A stretch of 64,000 bases of DNA from an uncultured Saprospiraceae bacterium (GCA_937894165.1 CALCSX010000173.1:1056-65055); one strand, 5' to 3'. Counted from the first letter of the stretch, positions 52,512 through 63,577 are shown. The notes: generated by a model from the sequence alone, not told the origin. Translations and numbers: made by a program.

Positions 52512-53882
52512 TTACATATCAGAACCGATCTGCATTGCGCTTCTTCCCTGGATCTTGCCACTTTTGACCAATCCATCATATTTTCTCATCAATAAATAAC
52601 TTTCAATTTGCTGTAACGTATCTAAAATTACAGCTACAAGAATTAATAATGAAGTTCCACCAAAGAATAAGGCAAATCCAAAATTAACTCCGAATGCAGC
52701 AACAATTGCAGGAAAAATTGCAATGATACCCAAGAAAATTGATCCCGGCAAAGTAACTCTACTCAAAATTGAATCAATATAATCTTCAGTAGCTTTCCCC
52801 GGTTTAACTCCAGGAATAAATGCATTCTGTCTTTTCAAATACTCTGAATACTGTTGCGGATTAACCAACAAAGCAGTATATATATATGTGAATATTACTA
52901 CTAGTAAGAAGTATATCACATTATAGGGTACGGATGTAAAATCATTTAAAGATTGCAACAATTCTGCAAACCATCCCGTTCCCGGCTCAGTGCCTGACAT
53001 CCATTGGGAAACTGTCAAAGGAAGAAACATCAATGCTTGCGCAAATATGATAGGCATAACACCCGCTGCATTCAGTTTCACCGGTATATAATCTCTGGCT
53101 CCTGCTGTCGGCAAATCTCCGGCAGCTCGTCCCACAACTCTTTTTGCGAACTGTAATGGGATTCTTCGAACACCTTGGATAACCAAAATAGTAGCCAAAA
53201 CAACAAAGAACAAAATCGTTAATTCCAAAAGGAAAATTAAAAGACCATTGCTGTTAAATTGTGTTTGTAGCTCAAAAACAAAAGCTGAAGGTAAAGTCGC
53301 TATGATTCCAATCATAATTAAAATAGAAACACCATTGCCTATACCTTTATCCGTAATTTTCTCACCCAACCACATGGCAAACATAGTACCGGTTGCTAAA
53401 ATAATTATATTCGAAAACCAAAACACTGTATTATCAACCTGGCCTGACTTGGCACCTTGGCTTATAATGTAAGTTAAATATGCACCACCTTGAACTAAAG
53501 TGATCGCAACTGTCAAATACCTTGTAATTTGAGCCAATTTCTTCCTGCCGGACTCCCCTTCTCTTTGCTGTAGCTTCTGAAAATAAGGAACAGCGAAACC
53601 AAGTAATTGAACAATGATCGAAGCTGTGATATAAGGCATTATACCTAAAGCAAAAACAGAGGCTCTATTAAAGGCACCTCCGGCAAATATATTTATTAAT
53701 CCTAATAAATCAGTTGCTCCACCTTGCCCAGACGCATCTGCCAAAGCTGATGGAATTACACCCGGTAAAACAACATATGATCCAAATCTGTATATAAAAA
53801 GCAAAGCTAAAGTGAAAAGAATTTTCTTCCTTAACTCTTCAATGCTCCATATATTTTTAAGTGTCGTAAAGAACTTATTCAT
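52512..53882 (-). CDS. secY: Preprotein translocase subunit SecY
   Basis: 456-aa multi-TM ORF with 'FALGIMPYITASIIVQLL' and 'GGTSLLILVAVILDTLQQIES'. Confidence 0.95.
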   Translation of the reverse strand: MNKFFTTLKNIWSIEELRKKILFTLALLFIYRFGSYVVLPGVIPSALADASGQGGATDLLGLINIFAGGAFNRASVFALGIMPYITASIIVQLLGFAVPYFQKLQQREGESGRKKLAQITRYLTVAITLVQGGAYLTYIISQGAKSGQVDNTVFWFSNIIILATGTMFAMWLGEKITDKGIGNGVSILIMIGIIATLPSAFVFELQTQFNSNGLLIFLLELTILFFVVLATILVIQGVRRIPLQFAKRVVGRAAGDLPTAGARDYIPVKLNAAGVMPIIFAQALMFLPLTVSQWMSGTEPGTGWFAELLQSLNDFTSVPYNVIYFLLVVIFTYIYTALLVNPQQYSEYLKRQNAFIPGVKPGKATEDYIDSILSRVTLPGSIFLGIIAIFPAIVAAFGVNFGFALFFGGTSLLILVAVILDTLQQIESYLLMRKYDGLVKSGKIQGRSAMQIGSDM

Positions 53883-53891
53883 TATTCTGAT

Positions 53892-54338
53892 TTAAAGAAT
53901 TGTTATAGAACCTCCCTTCCCTTCAATTGCACTCTTAGCAGTTTCAGAGATTGCATTTCCTTGTACATTTAAAGCTGCACTTAGCTCGCCATAAGCTAAA
54001 ACTTTAATTTTTGCACCAGCAGTAACAATATTATTTTTTACTAGAAATTCAATTGTAATATCTGTAGTGTTGAATTTTTCGCTAATCTCCTGCAATCTTG
54101 CAAGATTCATAGGAACATACTCAACTCTATTTGGACTATTAAATCCTCTTTTAGGAAGTCTCATTTGAAGTGGCATTTGACCACCCTCAAAATGTCGCTT
54201 ACTCTTGTAGCCTGATCTGGATTTAGCACCTTTATGACCTCTTCCGGCAGTTCCGCCCGCACCCGAAGCAGGACCTCGAGCAATTCTCTTTCTATTCTTC
54301 GTTGAGCCTGTTGAAGGCTTTAAGCTATGTAATTTCAT
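53892..54338 (-). CDS. rplO: 50S ribosomal protein L15
   Basis: 'MKLHSLKPSTGSTKNRKRIARGPASGAGGTAGRGHKG' is present. Confidence 0.93.
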   Translation of the reverse strand: MKLHSLKPSTGSTKNRKRIARGPASGAGGTAGRGHKGAKSRSGYKSKRHFEGGQMPLQMRLPKRGFNSPNRVEYVPMNLARLQEISEKFNTTDITIEFLVKNNIVTAGAKIKVLAYGELSAALNVQGNAISETAKSAIEGKGGSITIL

Positions 54339-54376
54339 AATATAATTACTCTAAATTCTTAATCAATTAATGACAC

Positions 54377-54565
54377 CTATTTTTTATCATCGCGCTCAAC
54401 ACTTACCAAGTGCTGAACCTTATCAATCATACCTAAAACAGCAGGTGAGTCTTCATGTGTAACCACCTTTCCTATTTTAGTCAGACCTAAAGCGATCATG
54501 GTGTTTTTTTGTCTGTGAGTTGTCTTAATAACACTCTTTTCTTGTTTAATCTTGATCGTAGCCAT
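54377..54565 (-). CDS. rpmD: 50S ribosomal protein L30
   Basis: 62-aa ORF with 'IKIKQEKSVIKTTHRQKNTMIALGL'. It lies between rpsE and rplO. Confidence 0.88.
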   Translation of the reverse strand: MATIKIKQEKSVIKTTHRQKNTMIALGLTKIGKVVTHEDSPAVLGMIDKVQHLVSVERDDKK

Positions 54566-54576
54566 TGCTTTATATT

Positions 54577-55095
54577 TTAGCCGTTAAAGACTTTATCTAC
54601 AGAAATTTTTCTTGTCTTAGCTATCTCCATTGGAGATCTCAATTTGGTCAAAGCATCAATAGTCGCTTTAACAACGTTGTGCGGATTTGATGAGCCCTGA
54701 GATTTTGCCAATACATCATGTACACCTGCAATTTCTAAAACTGCTCTCATTGCTCCACCGGCGATAACTCCTGTACCCGCAGATGATGGCTTTATTAATA
54801 CCTTACCGGCACCGAATTTACCTTTCTGCTCATGAGGAATAGTTCCTTTATACAAAGGAAAAGTAATTAAACTCTTCTTAGCATCATCAACAGCTTTAGC
54901 AATAGCCTCAGAAACCTCTCTCGCTTTTCCAAGTCCGTGACCTACTGTACCTTTTCCATCTCCTACCACTACTATGGCAGCGAAACTAAATGTACGACCA
55001 CCTTTGGTAACTTTAGCTACCCTGTTTAATGAAACTAGCTTATCTTGTAAATCAGTTTCTGCAGGTTTAACTCTACTTTGCTTATTATTAGCCAT
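54577..55095 (-). CDS. rpsE: 30S ribosomal protein S5
   Basis: '[39 protein letters not shown]' is present. Confidence 0.95.
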   Translation of the reverse strand: MANNKQSRVKPAETDLQDKLVSLNRVAKVTKGGRTFSFAAIVVVGDGKGTVGHGLGKAREVSEAIAKAVDDAKKSLITFPLYKGTIPHEQKGKFGAGKVLIKPSSAGTGVIAGGAMRAVLEIAGVHDVLAKSQGSSNPHNVVKATIDALTKLRSPMEIAKTRKISVDKVFNG

Positions 55096-55116
55096 CTTTA
55101 TCTTAATATTTTCTTA

Positions 55117-55470
55117 TTAGAATTTTAATCCGGTTTCTCGAGCTGAATCAGCGAGAGCTTTCACTCTACCATGGTACAAATAGCCACCTCTGTCAAAAAC
55201 TACATTTTCGATCTTCCCGGCTAATGCTCTTTCCGCCAACAATTTTCCAACTGCTTTTGATTGATCTATTCTCTTGTCAGCACTTTGCACTGCATCTTCA
55301 AGAGAATTAGCTGCTACTAAGGTAACACCTTTGGTATCATCGATAATCTGAGCATAAATTGCTTTGTTAGATCTATACACAGAAATTCTTGGTCTTTCAG
55401 CAGTACCAACAACTTTTGCTCGTATTCTGAACCTGATATTATTTCTTCGTGTTATTTTTGTTGGTTTCAT
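55117..55470 (-). CDS. rplR: 50S ribosomal protein L18
   Basis: '[20 protein letters not shown]' and '[27 protein letters not shown]' are present. Confidence 0.95.
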   Translation of the reverse strand: MKPTKITRRNNIRFRIRAKVVGTAERPRISVYRSNKAIYAQIIDDTKGVTLVAANSLEDAVQSADKRIDQSKAVGKLLAERALAGKIENVVFDRGGYLYHGRVKALADSARETGLKF

Positions 55471-55488
55471 TACCTCAAAATTTTAAAA

Positions 55489-56046
55489 TTATTTTTTACC
55501 TGCAGTTTTTCCTGCTTTTCTTCTTATTACCTCACCTTGGTACTTAATACCTTTTCCTTTGTAAGGTTCCGGTCTTCTAAAGTCTCTGATTTTAGCTGCA
55601 ATTTGACCAAGCAATTGTTTATCAGAAGATTCTAGTAATACTCTTGGAGGTGATCCCTTTTCAGTTGTTGTTGTTAACTTCACTTCATCAGGAATCATAA
55701 ACATCACCGGGTGGGAATAACCTAAGCTTAATTCAAGTAAATTACCTGTATTGCTTGCTCTGTAACCAACACCAATCAACTCAAGAGTTCTGGTATAACC
55801 ATTAGATACACCTTCGACCATGTTGAATAAGAGAGCTCTCGTCAATCCATGAACAGATCTGTGTCTCTTTTGATTAGTTGGTCTGGTAATTGTAATTATA
55901 CCGGCATCTTCCTGTATAGTCAAGTCCGGATCAAACTTTTGCTTAAGTTCGCCCTTTGGTCCTTTGACCGTGACTTCGTTTCCCTTCTTGATATCGATCG
56001 TAACTCCTTTTACTAAATCGATAGGGGCATTCCCAATCCTTGACAT
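55489..56046 (-). CDS. rplF: 50S ribosomal protein L6
   Basis: 'MSRIGNAPIDLVKGVTIDI' and 'PEPYKGKGIKYQGE' are present. Confidence 0.95.
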   Translation of the reverse strand: MSRIGNAPIDLVKGVTIDIKKGNEVTVKGPKGELKQKFDPDLTIQEDAGIITITRPTNQKRHRSVHGLTRALLFNMVEGVSNGYTRTLELIGVGYRASNTGNLLELSLGYSHPVMFMIPDEVKLTTTTEKGSPPRVLLESSDKQLLGQIAAKIRDFRRPEPYKGKGIKYQGEVIRRKAGKTAGKK

Positions 56047-56070
56047 AATAATTTGTTTTCTATATCTTAA

Positions 56071-56475
56071 TTAATATATGTAGCAGAGCACCTCTCCACC
56101 AACATTCAATTCTTTCGCTTTCTTACCGGTAACAACACCCTTTGATGTTGATACTATTGACACACCTAAACCATTTATAATTCTTGGTATTTCAGTAGAT
56201 TTAGAAAACTTTCTCAAACCAGGCTTGCTGATTCTACCTAATTCTCTAATAACCGGTTGCTTAGTCTGTGGATCATATTTGATAGCAATCTCAATACTAC
56301 CTTGGTGATTCTCAGTCTCTAAAAATCTATACTTTAATATAAAACCCTGTTCGTACAGAATTTCAGTAATTCTCTTCTTCAAATTAGACGCAGGAATTTC
56401 AACCACTTTATGGTTAGCCATCTGTGCATTTCTAATGCGTGTTAAATAATCTCCTATTGGGTCTGTGACTGCCAT
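56071..56475 (-). CDS. rpsH: 30S ribosomal protein S8
   Basis: 'DPIGDYLTRIRNAQMANH' and the C-terminus 'GGEVLCYIY' are present. Confidence 0.95.
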   Translation of the reverse strand: MAVTDPIGDYLTRIRNAQMANHKVVEIPASNLKKRITEILYEQGFILKYRFLETENHQGSIEIAIKYDPQTKQPVIRELGRISKPGLRKFSKSTEIPRIINGLGVSIVSTSKGVVTGKKAKELNVGGEVLCYIY

Positions 56476-56493
56476 TTCTTAATCTTTTATAAA

Positions 56494-56763
56494 TTACCAA
56501 CTTGCTTTTGTAATCCCCGGAATTTTACCATCCAAGGCCATTTCCCGAAACTTAACTCTGCAAAGTCCAAATTGTCTCATATAACCCTTAGGTCTTCCAG
56601 TCAATTTACATCGGTTATGTAATCTAACAGGAGAAGAATTTTTTGGAAGTTTATCAAGTTCCTCCCAGTTTCCTTCTTCTTTCAATTTCTTTCTTTCGTC
56701 AGCATATTTCGCTACCAACTTTTCACGCTTTCTTTCTCTAGCGATCAATGATTTTCTAGCCAT
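56494..56763 (-). CDS. rpsN: 30S ribosomal protein S14 (long form)
   Basis: 89-aa ORF with '[26 protein letters not shown]' and the C-terminus 'KASW'. It overlaps the rplE stop by 8 nt. Confidence 0.93.
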   Translation of the reverse strand: MARKSLIARERKREKLVAKYADERKKLKEEGNWEELDKLPKNSSPVRLHNRCKLTGRPKGYMRQFGLCRVKFREMALDGKIPGITKASW

Positions 56764-57331
56764 TAGATTCTACTTTAATTTGTTGATTTCTGAATGGTAA
56801 TCCCAAAGCCTTCAACAGTGCTAAAGCCTCTGCGTCAGTTTTTGCGGAAGTAACAAATGTTATATCCATTCCTTGAATTCTATTCACTTTATCAATATCG
56901 ATTTCAGGAAATATTATCTGTTCAGCTATACCAATAGTATAATTTCCTCTTCCATCGAAACTCTTATCGTTAATTCCTTTGAAATCTCTAACTCTAGGCA
57001 ATGCTACTGTCACGAATCTATCTAAAAATTCATACATAACATTTTGTCTCAAAGTTACTTTCGCTCCGATTGGCATAAACTCACGAAGTTTAAAATTCGA
57101 AACAGACTTCTTTGCAATTGTAGCCACAGCTTTTTGACCGGTAATATTAGTCAACTCGTTTACTGTATTATCAATTAATTTCTTATCACCCGTAGCATCA
57201 CCTACACCGGAATTAATTGCAATCTTTACAATTCGTGGAACTTCCATCACAGATGAATACTGAAACTGCTCCATTAAAGCCGGAACAATCTCCTCTCTGT
57301 ATTTATTTTTAAGTCTTGGTATATAAGTCAT
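56756..57331 (-). CDS. rplE: 50S ribosomal protein L5
   Basis: '[21 protein letters not shown]' and '[20 protein letters not shown]' are present. Confidence 0.95.
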   Translation of the reverse strand: MTYIPRLKNKYREEIVPALMEQFQYSSVMEVPRIVKIAINSGVGDATGDKKLIDNTVNELTNITGQKAVATIAKKSVSNFKLREFMPIGAKVTLRQNVMYEFLDRFVTVALPRVRDFKGINDKSFDGRGNYTIGIAEQIIFPEIDIDKVNRIQGMDITFVTSAKTDAEALALLKALGLPFRNQQIKVESNG

Positions 57332-57669
57332 TACTTAATTATTTCTCCTGATTTTTTAGAATATCTTACCACTTTACCGTCCTGAGATTTTCTTCCCACT
57401 CTGGTTGGTTTGCCGGACTTAGGATCCACCAACATTAAATTACTAATATCGATAGGTGAATTCAAATCTACAATACCACCCGGTTCAGAATTTGAAGGCT
57501 TCATATGCTTTTTTACCATACGAACATTCTCTACAATGGCTTTATTCTTAGAAGTTATAACTTCTAGTACTTCACCTTCTTTCCCTTTATCCGCTCCTGA
57601 GATTACGAGAACTTTATCGCCCTTCTTAATCTTTAATTTTGGAGTGTTCTTTTTTACTTGCTTCTTCAT
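57331..57669 (-). CDS. rplX: 50S ribosomal protein L24
   Basis: '[25 protein letters not shown]' is the KOW motif. Confidence 0.93.
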   Translation of the reverse strand: MKKQVKKNTPKLKIKKGDKVLVISGADKGKEGEVLEVITSKNKAIVENVRMVKKHMKPSNSEPGGIVDLNSPIDISNLMLVDPKSGKPTRVGRKSQDGKVVRYSKKSGEIIK

Positions 57670-57689
57670 TTTTCAGAAAATATCTTTAT

Positions 57690-58055
57690 TTATAAAACCT
57701 CTGGTGCAAGAGATACAATTCTCATATAATCCTTCTCTCTCAATTCTCTGGCAACAGGTCCGAAAATCCTTGTTCCTCTTGGCTCATCCTGAGCATTCAA
57801 TAATACCACAGCATTATCATCAAATCGAATACAAGAACCATCTCTTCTTTTCACTTCTTTTTTTGTTCTTACAACTACAGCTTTTGAAACTGTACCCTTT
57901 TTCACACCTCCCGGAGATGCTGACTTTACACTTACTACGATTTTATCTCCTAAAGAAGCATAACGTCTTGTAGAACCACCTAAAACATGTATGCAAAGTA
58001 CTTCTTTTGCTCCGCTGTTGTCGGCTACTCTTAATCTAGATTCTGTCTGTATCAT
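57690..58055 (-). CDS. rplN: 50S ribosomal protein L14
   Basis: '[28 protein letters not shown]' is present. Confidence 0.96.
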   Translation of the reverse strand: MIQTESRLRVADNSGAKEVLCIHVLGGSTRRYASLGDKIVVSVKSASPGGVKKGTVSKAVVVRTKKEVKRRDGSCIRFDDNAVVLLNAQDEPRGTRIFGPVARELREKDYMRIVSLAPEVL

Positions 58056-58091
58056 TGTTTAATCTAATTAGCGATTATCAAATCGAAAAAA

Positions 58092-58349
58092 CTACTTAGC
58101 TTTTTCTAAAACTTCAACCAATCTCCACCTCTTATTCTTACTCAAAGGACGTGTTTCCATTATCCTTACTGTATCTCCTACCCCACATTCATTGTTCTCA
58201 TCATGAGCCATAAACTTGTTTGACTTTCTCATGAATTTACCATAAATAGGGTGTTGAATTCTCCTTTCAACTTTAATAGTGATGGTCTTATCCATAGCAT
58301 TACTAGTGACGACACCAACTTTAATTTTTCGAAATTTTCTCTCTAACAT
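58092..58349 (-). CDS. rpsQ: 30S ribosomal protein S17
   Basis: Trimmed to '[39 protein letters not shown]' (85 aa). The longer ORF would overlap rpmC. Confidence 0.9.
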   Translation of the reverse strand: MLERKFRKIKVGVVTSNAMDKTITIKVERRIQHPIYGKFMRKSNKFMAHDENNECGVGDTVRIMETRPLSKNKRWRLVEVLEKAK

Positions 58350-58389
58350 CTTATTAAATATTTGCGCTGTTAACTTAATAGGTTTTTGG

Positions 58390-58593
58390 CTACTTAGCCA
58401 ACTCACGCGTTCTTAATTCTGTTTTAATTCGTGCAATGTTACGTCGTAACTCTCTCAATGTCAATGGATTCTCAATTCCCTTCACTGAATGATCAAACTT
58501 AAGAGTCTTGTACTCTGATTTAATCTCTTCCAACCTCGCTCCTAATTCGTCAACATTCATAGCTCTGAACTGCTCAATATTCTTGTTACTCAT
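58390..58593 (-). CDS. rpmC: 50S ribosomal protein L29
   Basis: 67-aa helical ORF, '[40 protein letters not shown]'. It lies between rplP and rpsQ. Confidence 0.9.
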   Translation of the reverse strand: MSNKNIEQFRAMNVDELGARLEEIKSEYKTLKFDHSVKGIENPLTLRELRRNIARIKTELRTRELAK

Positions 58594-58607
58594 CTCTATC
58601 TTATTTA

Positions 58608-59027
58608 TTATTCAACGTAATCAGGTCTAATCACAAACTTTGTCAAAACCGGCAACTTCTGAGCCGCTAGTCTTAAGGCCTCTTTAGCAGTCTCCATAGG
58701 TACACCATCAAGCTCAAACATGATCTTGCCTGGAGTAACTACAGCCACCCAATGATCCAGAGCTCCTTTACCCTTACCCATCCTAACCTCTTGCGGCTTC
58801 TTTGTAATAGGCTTATCAGGAAATATTCTGATCCAAACTTTACCCTCTCTCTTCATAAATCTAGTCATCGCAATACGCGCTGATTCAATCTGACGGCTGG
58901 TAATTCGTCCCGGATCTAAGGTTTTCAAACCAAATGATCCGAAGGCAATCGTGGATCCTCTATGGGATAATCCTTTAATCCTCCCTTTCTGTTGTTTCCT
59001 ATATTTGGTACGCTTCGGTTGTAACAT
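58608..59027 (-). CDS. rplP: 50S ribosomal protein L16
   Basis: '[19 protein letters not shown]' and '[16 protein letters not shown]' are present. Confidence 0.96.
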   Translation of the reverse strand: MLQPKRTKYRKQQKGRIKGLSHRGSTIAFGSFGLKTLDPGRITSRQIESARIAMTRFMKREGKVWIRIFPDKPITKKPQEVRMGKGKGALDHWVAVVTPGKIMFELDGVPMETAKEALRLAAQKLPVLTKFVIRPDYVE

Positions 59028-59129
59028 TTTTCACAATTTTCTTTGAAATACCTTTAAAAACAAGGCTTTTGAGGACCCTCCCAAAAAAGCTTGACAAAGG
59101 TACAACTAATTTATTATTTATTTAAAAAT

Positions 59130-59978
59130 CTAGTCGTTTTTTCTTTCGTCTCTTTTGCGGCCACCACCTCTCTGCTGACCACCGCCTCCGCCGCCTCTAT
59201 TATCGCCACCTCTATTCTCTCCTCCTCTTCCACCACCACGGCTATCTCTTCTTCCATCTCTTCTACCGCCACCTTTCGCATCTCTCTGACCTGCGCCCTG
59301 ACCACCAACATTAGATTCAACTGATGAACCTAAACTGTTGATTAAATCTCTCTTATCTAGGATTTCTCCTTTACAGATCCATATCTTCATTCCTATTTTT
59401 CCGTAAACAGTCTGAGCCTCAGCAATACAATAATCGATATCAGCTCTAAAAGTGTGTAAAGGAGTACGACCATCTTTGAATTCCTCAGATCTCGCCATAT
59501 CAGCTCCATTCAATCGACCACTTATTCTCACCTTTATACCTTCAGCTCCGGCTCTCATGGTAGCCTGGATTGCAGTTTTAATAGCTCTTCTATAGTTAAC
59601 TCTTGATTCCAACTGTCTGGCAATAGTATCACCAACAATATTTGCATCAAGTTCAGGCTTTCTAACCTCTACAATATTAATTTGTGTGTCCTTACCTGTC
59701 AATTTCTTGAGCTCCTCTCTAATACTATCAACTTCAGTACCACCCTTACCAATAATTATACCCGGTCTTGATGTATGGATAGTGACAGTCACTCTCTTAA
59801 GAGATCTTTCAATCAGTATTCTGGCAATACCACCTTTGGCTATACGAGCACCCAGGTAATCACGTATTCTTTGGTCTTCAACTACTTTCTCAGCATAATC
59901 GTTACCCCCAAACCAGTTAGAATCCCATCCTCTGATGATTCCTAGTCTATTCCCAATTGGATTTGTTTTTTGGCCCAT
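59130..59978 (-). CDS. rpsC: 30S ribosomal protein S3 with a Gly/Arg-rich C-terminal extension
   Basis: '[23 protein letters not shown]' and the KH block '[17 protein letters not shown]' are present. The C-terminal 60-75 aa are RGG-like: '[42 protein letters not shown]'. Confidence 0.95.
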   Translation of the reverse strand: MGQKTNPIGNRLGIIRGWDSNWFGGNDYAEKVVEDQRIRDYLGARIAKGGIARILIERSLKRVTVTIHTSRPGIIIGKGGTEVDSIREELKKLTGKDTQINIVEVRKPELDANIVGDTIARQLESRVNYRRAIKTAIQATMRAGAEGIKVRISGRLNGADMARSEEFKDGRTPLHTFRADIDYCIAEAQTVYGKIGMKIWICKGEILDKRDLINSLGSSVESNVGGQGAGQRDAKGGGRRDGRRDSRGGGRGGENRGGDNRGGGGGGQQRGGGRKRDERKND

Positions 59979-60008
59979 TAGTATATCTATTAATGTTTTT
60001 TCTAATTA

Positions 60009-60383
60009 TTACTCGGCTACCGGCAATTCTTTCTTGTTCTCAATAATAAGCGTAACGTGATTAGTTCTCTTTCTAATTCGATGCGCTCGTCCGTGTGGAG
60101 CAGGTCTGAATCTCTTCAACATTGTTCCACCATCTGAAAATGCAGTTTTGATATATAAATCAAAATCATCAGCACTATTTTCAGTCTTATACTCCCAATT
60201 TGCCACCGCAGATATTAAAAGTTTTTCCAACCACTTAGCAGCTTCCTTATTGGTATATTTCAATATACCTAAAGCATCATCAATTGATTTACCTCTTATT
60301 AAATCTACTACCAGTCTCATCTTTCTAGGAGACATCGGACAGTTTTTAAGTTTTGCTACAGCTTCCATTCTAAAATTTTTCAA
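60009..60383 (-). CDS. rplV: 50S ribosomal protein L22
   Basis: 'AKLKNCPMSPRKMRLVVDLIRGKS' and 'KRFRPAPHGRAHRIRKRTNHVTLII' are present. The start could instead be Met6 at 60368. Confidence 0.92.
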   Translation of the reverse strand: MKNFRMEAVAKLKNCPMSPRKMRLVVDLIRGKSIDDALGILKYTNKEAAKWLEKLLISAVANWEYKTENSADDFDLYIKTAFSDGGTMLKRFRPAPHGRAHRIRKRTNHVTLIIENKKELPVAE

Positions 60384-60404
60384 TGGATATTATCCAATTA
60401 TTTT

Positions 60405-60674
60405 TTACTTCTTACGATTTCCTGAGTGCCCCTTGAACACTCTTGTAGGTGAAAATTCACCCAATTTATGTCCTACCATGTTTTCAGTTACAAATACCGG
60501 TACAAATGTCTTTCCATTATGCACTGCTATCGTTTCTCCTACCATGTCCGGAATTATCATTGAAGCTCGAGACCAAGTCTTTATAACAGTCTTCTTGTTA
60601 CTGTTCTTTGATTTTTCTATCTTTTCCAATAATTTATGAAAAACATAGGGTCCTTTTTTTACAGATCTTGCCAT
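60405..60674 (-). CDS. rpsS: 30S ribosomal protein S19
   Basis: '[11 protein letters not shown]' and '[33 protein letters not shown]' are present. Confidence 0.96.
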   Translation of the reverse strand: MARSVKKGPYVFHKLLEKIEKSKNSNKKTVIKTWSRASMIIPDMVGETIAVHNGKTFVPVFVTENMVGHKLGEFSPTRVFKGHSGNRKK

Positions 60675-60701
60675 TACCGATTAATTATCGTTTTAGAAAT
60701 T

Positions 60702-61535
60702 TTATTTCTTCTTAGTTTTTCTTCTTGTTACTATTAGTCTGCTAGATGACTTCTTCGGATCTCTTGTTTTCTGTCCTTTCGCCATAACACCTGTTCTGGA
60801 TCTAGGATGACCTCCTGAAGCTCTACCTTCTCCACCACCCATAGGGTGATCGACAGGGTTCATAGCAACACCTCTTACTCTTGATCTCTTGCCCAACCAT
60901 CGTGATCTACCGGCTTTTCCTGACACCTCTAAAGCGTGATCCGGATTTGATGTAGTCCCCATGGTGACTTTACAGGTAAGTAAGATCTTTCTTACTTCTC
61001 CACTAGGCATTTTTACCGTTGCATATCTATCCTCTCTACCCATAAGTACGCCATTCGTACCAGCACTTCTTGCAATAGCAGCACCTCTTCCCGGCTCTAA
61101 TTCAATAGCATGGATTGGTGATCCTAATGGAACTTCCTTTAAAAGCAAGCAATTTCCAACATCCGGTGGTGATCCGGGACCCGATAATACTGTAGAACCA
61201 ACAGCTAAACCATTTGGTGCTATAATATATCTTTTCTCCCCATCAGCATAATTCAATAAAGCGATAAATGCTGTTCTATTTGGATCGTACTCAATACTTT
61301 TTACAGTAGCAGGAATCCCATCTTTGTTTCTTTTGAAGTCGATAACTCTGTATCGTCTTTTATGTCCTCCACCAAGATTTCTCATGGTCATCTTTCCACT
61401 ATTATTCCTTCCACCGCTGCTCTTCATCGGTGCTAAAAGGCTCTTCTCAGGTGTATCAGTTGTTACCTCCTTAAAGGTATTTGATATCTTGTGGCGAAGC
61501 CCCGGAGTAATTGGTCTATGTTTCTTTACAGCCAT
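60702..61535 (-). CDS. rplB: 50S ribosomal protein L2
   Basis: '[22 protein letters not shown]' and '[18 protein letters not shown]' are present. Confidence 0.96.
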   Translation of the reverse strand: MAVKKHRPITPGLRHKISNTFKEVTTDTPEKSLLAPMKSSGGRNNSGKMTMRNLGGGHKRRYRVIDFKRNKDGIPATVKSIEYDPNRTAFIALLNYADGEKRYIIAPNGLAVGSTVLSGPGSPPDVGNCLLLKEVPLGSPIHAIELEPGRGAAIARSAGTNGVLMGREDRYATVKMPSGEVRKILLTCKVTMGTTSNPDHALEVSGKAGRSRWLGKRSRVRGVAMNPVDHPMGGGEGRASGGHPRSRTGVMAKGQKTRDPKKSSSRLIVTRRKTKKK

Positions 61536-61550
61536 TTTGCTTAAATTTCA

Positions 61551-61850
61551 TTAAATCTCACCAAAAAATTCAATTGTCTCTCCTGCTTGCAATGTAACAA
61601 CAGCCTTCTTGAAGGAAGGTCTTTTGCCTCTTTGTACACCGCCTTTAGTAAACCGTACTTTTGATTTGCCCGGCATAATAGCAGTATTTACAGATTCAAC
61701 ATTGACATTATATGTCTTTTCTACCGTGTTTCGTATCTCTATCTTATTGGCTTTCTTGTCAACAATAAAGCTATACTTACCGGCTGTACCGGATAAAGTT
61801 TCTGCTTTTTCAGAGATAACTGGACGTATTAAAATATTCTTTTCCATCAC
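61551..61850 (-). CDS. rplW: 50S ribosomal protein L23
   Basis: 'ILIRPVISEKA' and 'KYSFIVDKKANKIEIRNTVEKTYNVNVESVNT' are present. Confidence 0.92.
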   Translation of the reverse strand: MMEKNILIRPVISEKAETLSGTAGKYSFIVDKKANKIEIRNTVEKTYNVNVESVNTAIMPGKSKVRFTKGGVQRGKRPSFKKAVVTLQAGETIEFFGEI

Positions 61851-61868
61851 TTCAATTATTTAATTTGA

Positions 61869-62495
61869 TCAGGCTTCTACCTGAGATAGCTTCTCAATAG
61901 ATTTCTCAGAGATGATCAAAGTATTTGCGTTCAAAACATCGTATGTATTCAAGTTAGATACTTCAGTAACTTTTGATTTTCTCAAATTTCTACTGGATAG
62001 ATAAACGTTCTTATCTAATTCGTTGGTTACGAAAAGCACTTTGCTATTATCCAACTTCAATGCCTTCAAAATTGATAAGAATTCCTTTGTCTTCGGTGTA
62101 TCGAAAGTAAAATCCTCAACAATCATTACCTGACCTTCAGTCGCTTTGTATGACATAGCTGATCTTCTAGCCAAATCCTTTAATTTCTTATTCAAGAAAA
62201 CGTTATAGTTTCTCGGTCTAGGTCCGAAAATACGTCCTCCTCCTCTGTATAAAGGGTTCTTGATATCACCTTTTCTGGATCCACCGGTACCTTTTTGCTT
62301 GTGTAATTTTCTCGTAGAACCGGCAACTTCATTTCTTTCTTTAGACTTATGAGTACCTTGTCTTTGGTTAGCCAAAAACTGTTTTACGTTCAAGTAAATA
62401 GCATGATCATTTGGCTCTATACCAAAGATATTCTCTGGAAGTTCGATAGATCTTCCTACACTTTCTCCTTTAATATTTACTATATCTATTTTCAT
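61869..62495 (-). CDS. rplD: 50S ribosomal protein L4
   Basis: 'QRQGTHKSKERNEVAGSTRKLHKQKGTGGSRKGDIKNPLYRGGGRIFGPRPR' is present. Confidence 0.95.
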   Translation of the reverse strand: MKIDIVNIKGESVGRSIELPENIFGIEPNDHAIYLNVKQFLANQRQGTHKSKERNEVAGSTRKLHKQKGTGGSRKGDIKNPLYRGGGRIFGPRPRNYNVFLNKKLKDLARRSAMSYKATEGQVMIVEDFTFDTPKTKEFLSILKALKLDNSKVLFVTNELDKNVYLSSRNLRKSKVTEVSNLNTYDVLNANTLIISEKSIEKLSQVEA

Positions 62496-62500
62496 GACCT

Positions 62501-63121
62501 CTACTTTTCGATAATTACGTAAGATCCTTTATGACCGGGAACAGCGCCTTTGATCAAAATAAGATTTTGCTCAGGAAATAATTTAATAACTTTAAGATTC
62601 TTAGTCTTAACTCTATCACCGCCCATTCTGCCGGCCATTCTCATACCTTTGAAAACTTTCGCAGGATAAGATGCCGCACCAATAGAACCGGGAGCTCTTA
62701 GTCTGTTATGCTGACCGTGAGTAGCTTGACCCACACCGGCAAATCCGTGTCTTCTTACCACACCCTGAAAGCCTTTACCCTTAGATGTTCCTATTACAGC
62801 AACATTATCACCTTCGGCAAAAACATCGTCTATATTAATAGTATCACCAAGCGCCTTATCAAGGTTAGAAGATCGGAATTCTACAACTTTTGATTTCGCA
62901 GTTGTATCAGCCTTTCCAAAGTGTCCTTTCAAAGCCATAGAAGTATTCTTCTCTTTGGCTTCTCCAAACGCTATTTGAAGAGCATTATATCCATCACTTT
63001 CAGTTGTCTTTACTTGTGTAACCACACAAGGTCCCGCTTCGATAACAGTGCATGCAACGTAATTTCCATTAACGTCATAGACACTTGTCATTCCTAATTT
63101 TTTACCTATTAATCCGTTCAC
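62501..63121 (-). CDS. rplC: 50S ribosomal protein L3
   Basis: Trimmed to a GTG start giving '[16 protein letters not shown]', the conserved L3 N-terminus. '[15 protein letters not shown]' is present. The exact start codon is uncertain. Confidence 0.9.
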   Translation of the reverse strand: MNGLIGKKLGMTSVYDVNGNYVACTVIEAGPCVVTQVKTTESDGYNALQIAFGEAKEKNTSMALKGHFGKADTTAKSKVVEFRSSNLDKALGDTINIDDVFAEGDNVAVIGTSKGKGFQGVVRRHGFAGVGQATHGQHNRLRAPGSIGAASYPAKVFKGMRMAGRMGGDRVKTKNLKVIKLFPEQNLILIKGAVPGHKGSYVIIEK

Positions 63122-63214
63122 GATTATAGCTTTTAATTCTTTAATGTAACTGCACAGCAAAATCAGCTCAAAGCTAATTAACTACTACAGAAATAATGTT
63201 TATACAGAAAATTG

Positions 63215-63523
63215 TTAGGTAAGTTTGACTTGAATGTCAACACCACTAGGCAATTCCAAACGAGACAGTGCGTCTACAGTTTTTTGCGTAGGTGTGTAAA
63301 TTTCAATCAACCGCTTGTGTGTACGCAATTGGAACTGCTCACGAGATTTTTTGTTCACGTGTGGTGAACGAAGAACTGTAAAGATCTTCTTCTCAGTGGG
63401 TAGCGGAATCGGGCCAGTTACTATGGCACCGCTATTACGTACAGTCTTAACAATTTTCTCTGTAGATTTATCTACGAGATTGTGGTCGTAAGACCGTAAT
63501 TTGATTCTGATTTTCTGATTCAT
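63215..63523 (-). CDS. rpsJ: 30S ribosomal protein S10
   Basis: Trimmed to '[20 protein letters not shown]...' (102 aa). '[39 protein letters not shown]' is present. Confidence 0.95.
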   Translation of the reverse strand: MNQKIRIKLRSYDHNLVDKSTEKIVKTVRNSGAIVTGPIPLPTEKKIFTVLRSPHVNKKSREQFQLRTHKRLIEIYTPTQKTVDALSRLELPSGVDIQVKLT

Positions 63524-63577
63524 AACCCTGTTCAATATGTATGATAAATACGCTTTTCGTATCCCTTTATTCAAATT

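Noticed and set aside
57410-57973. 187-aa plus-strand ORF antisense to rplX/rplN. Similar cases are 60148-60639 antisense to rplV/rpsS, 60961-61251, 61324-61554 and 61609-63.
   Set aside because: They lie entirely inside strongly conserved ribosomal protein genes on the opposite strand. Their low-complexity, Phe/Leu/Ser-rich translations are typical of antisense frames in AT-rich DNA, and no motif is present.
59091-59324. 77-aa and 68-aa ORFs overlapping the 3' end of rpsC
   Set aside because: They are alternative frames of the GGN/CGN repeat that encodes the S3 RGG tail. They show no independent coding signal.
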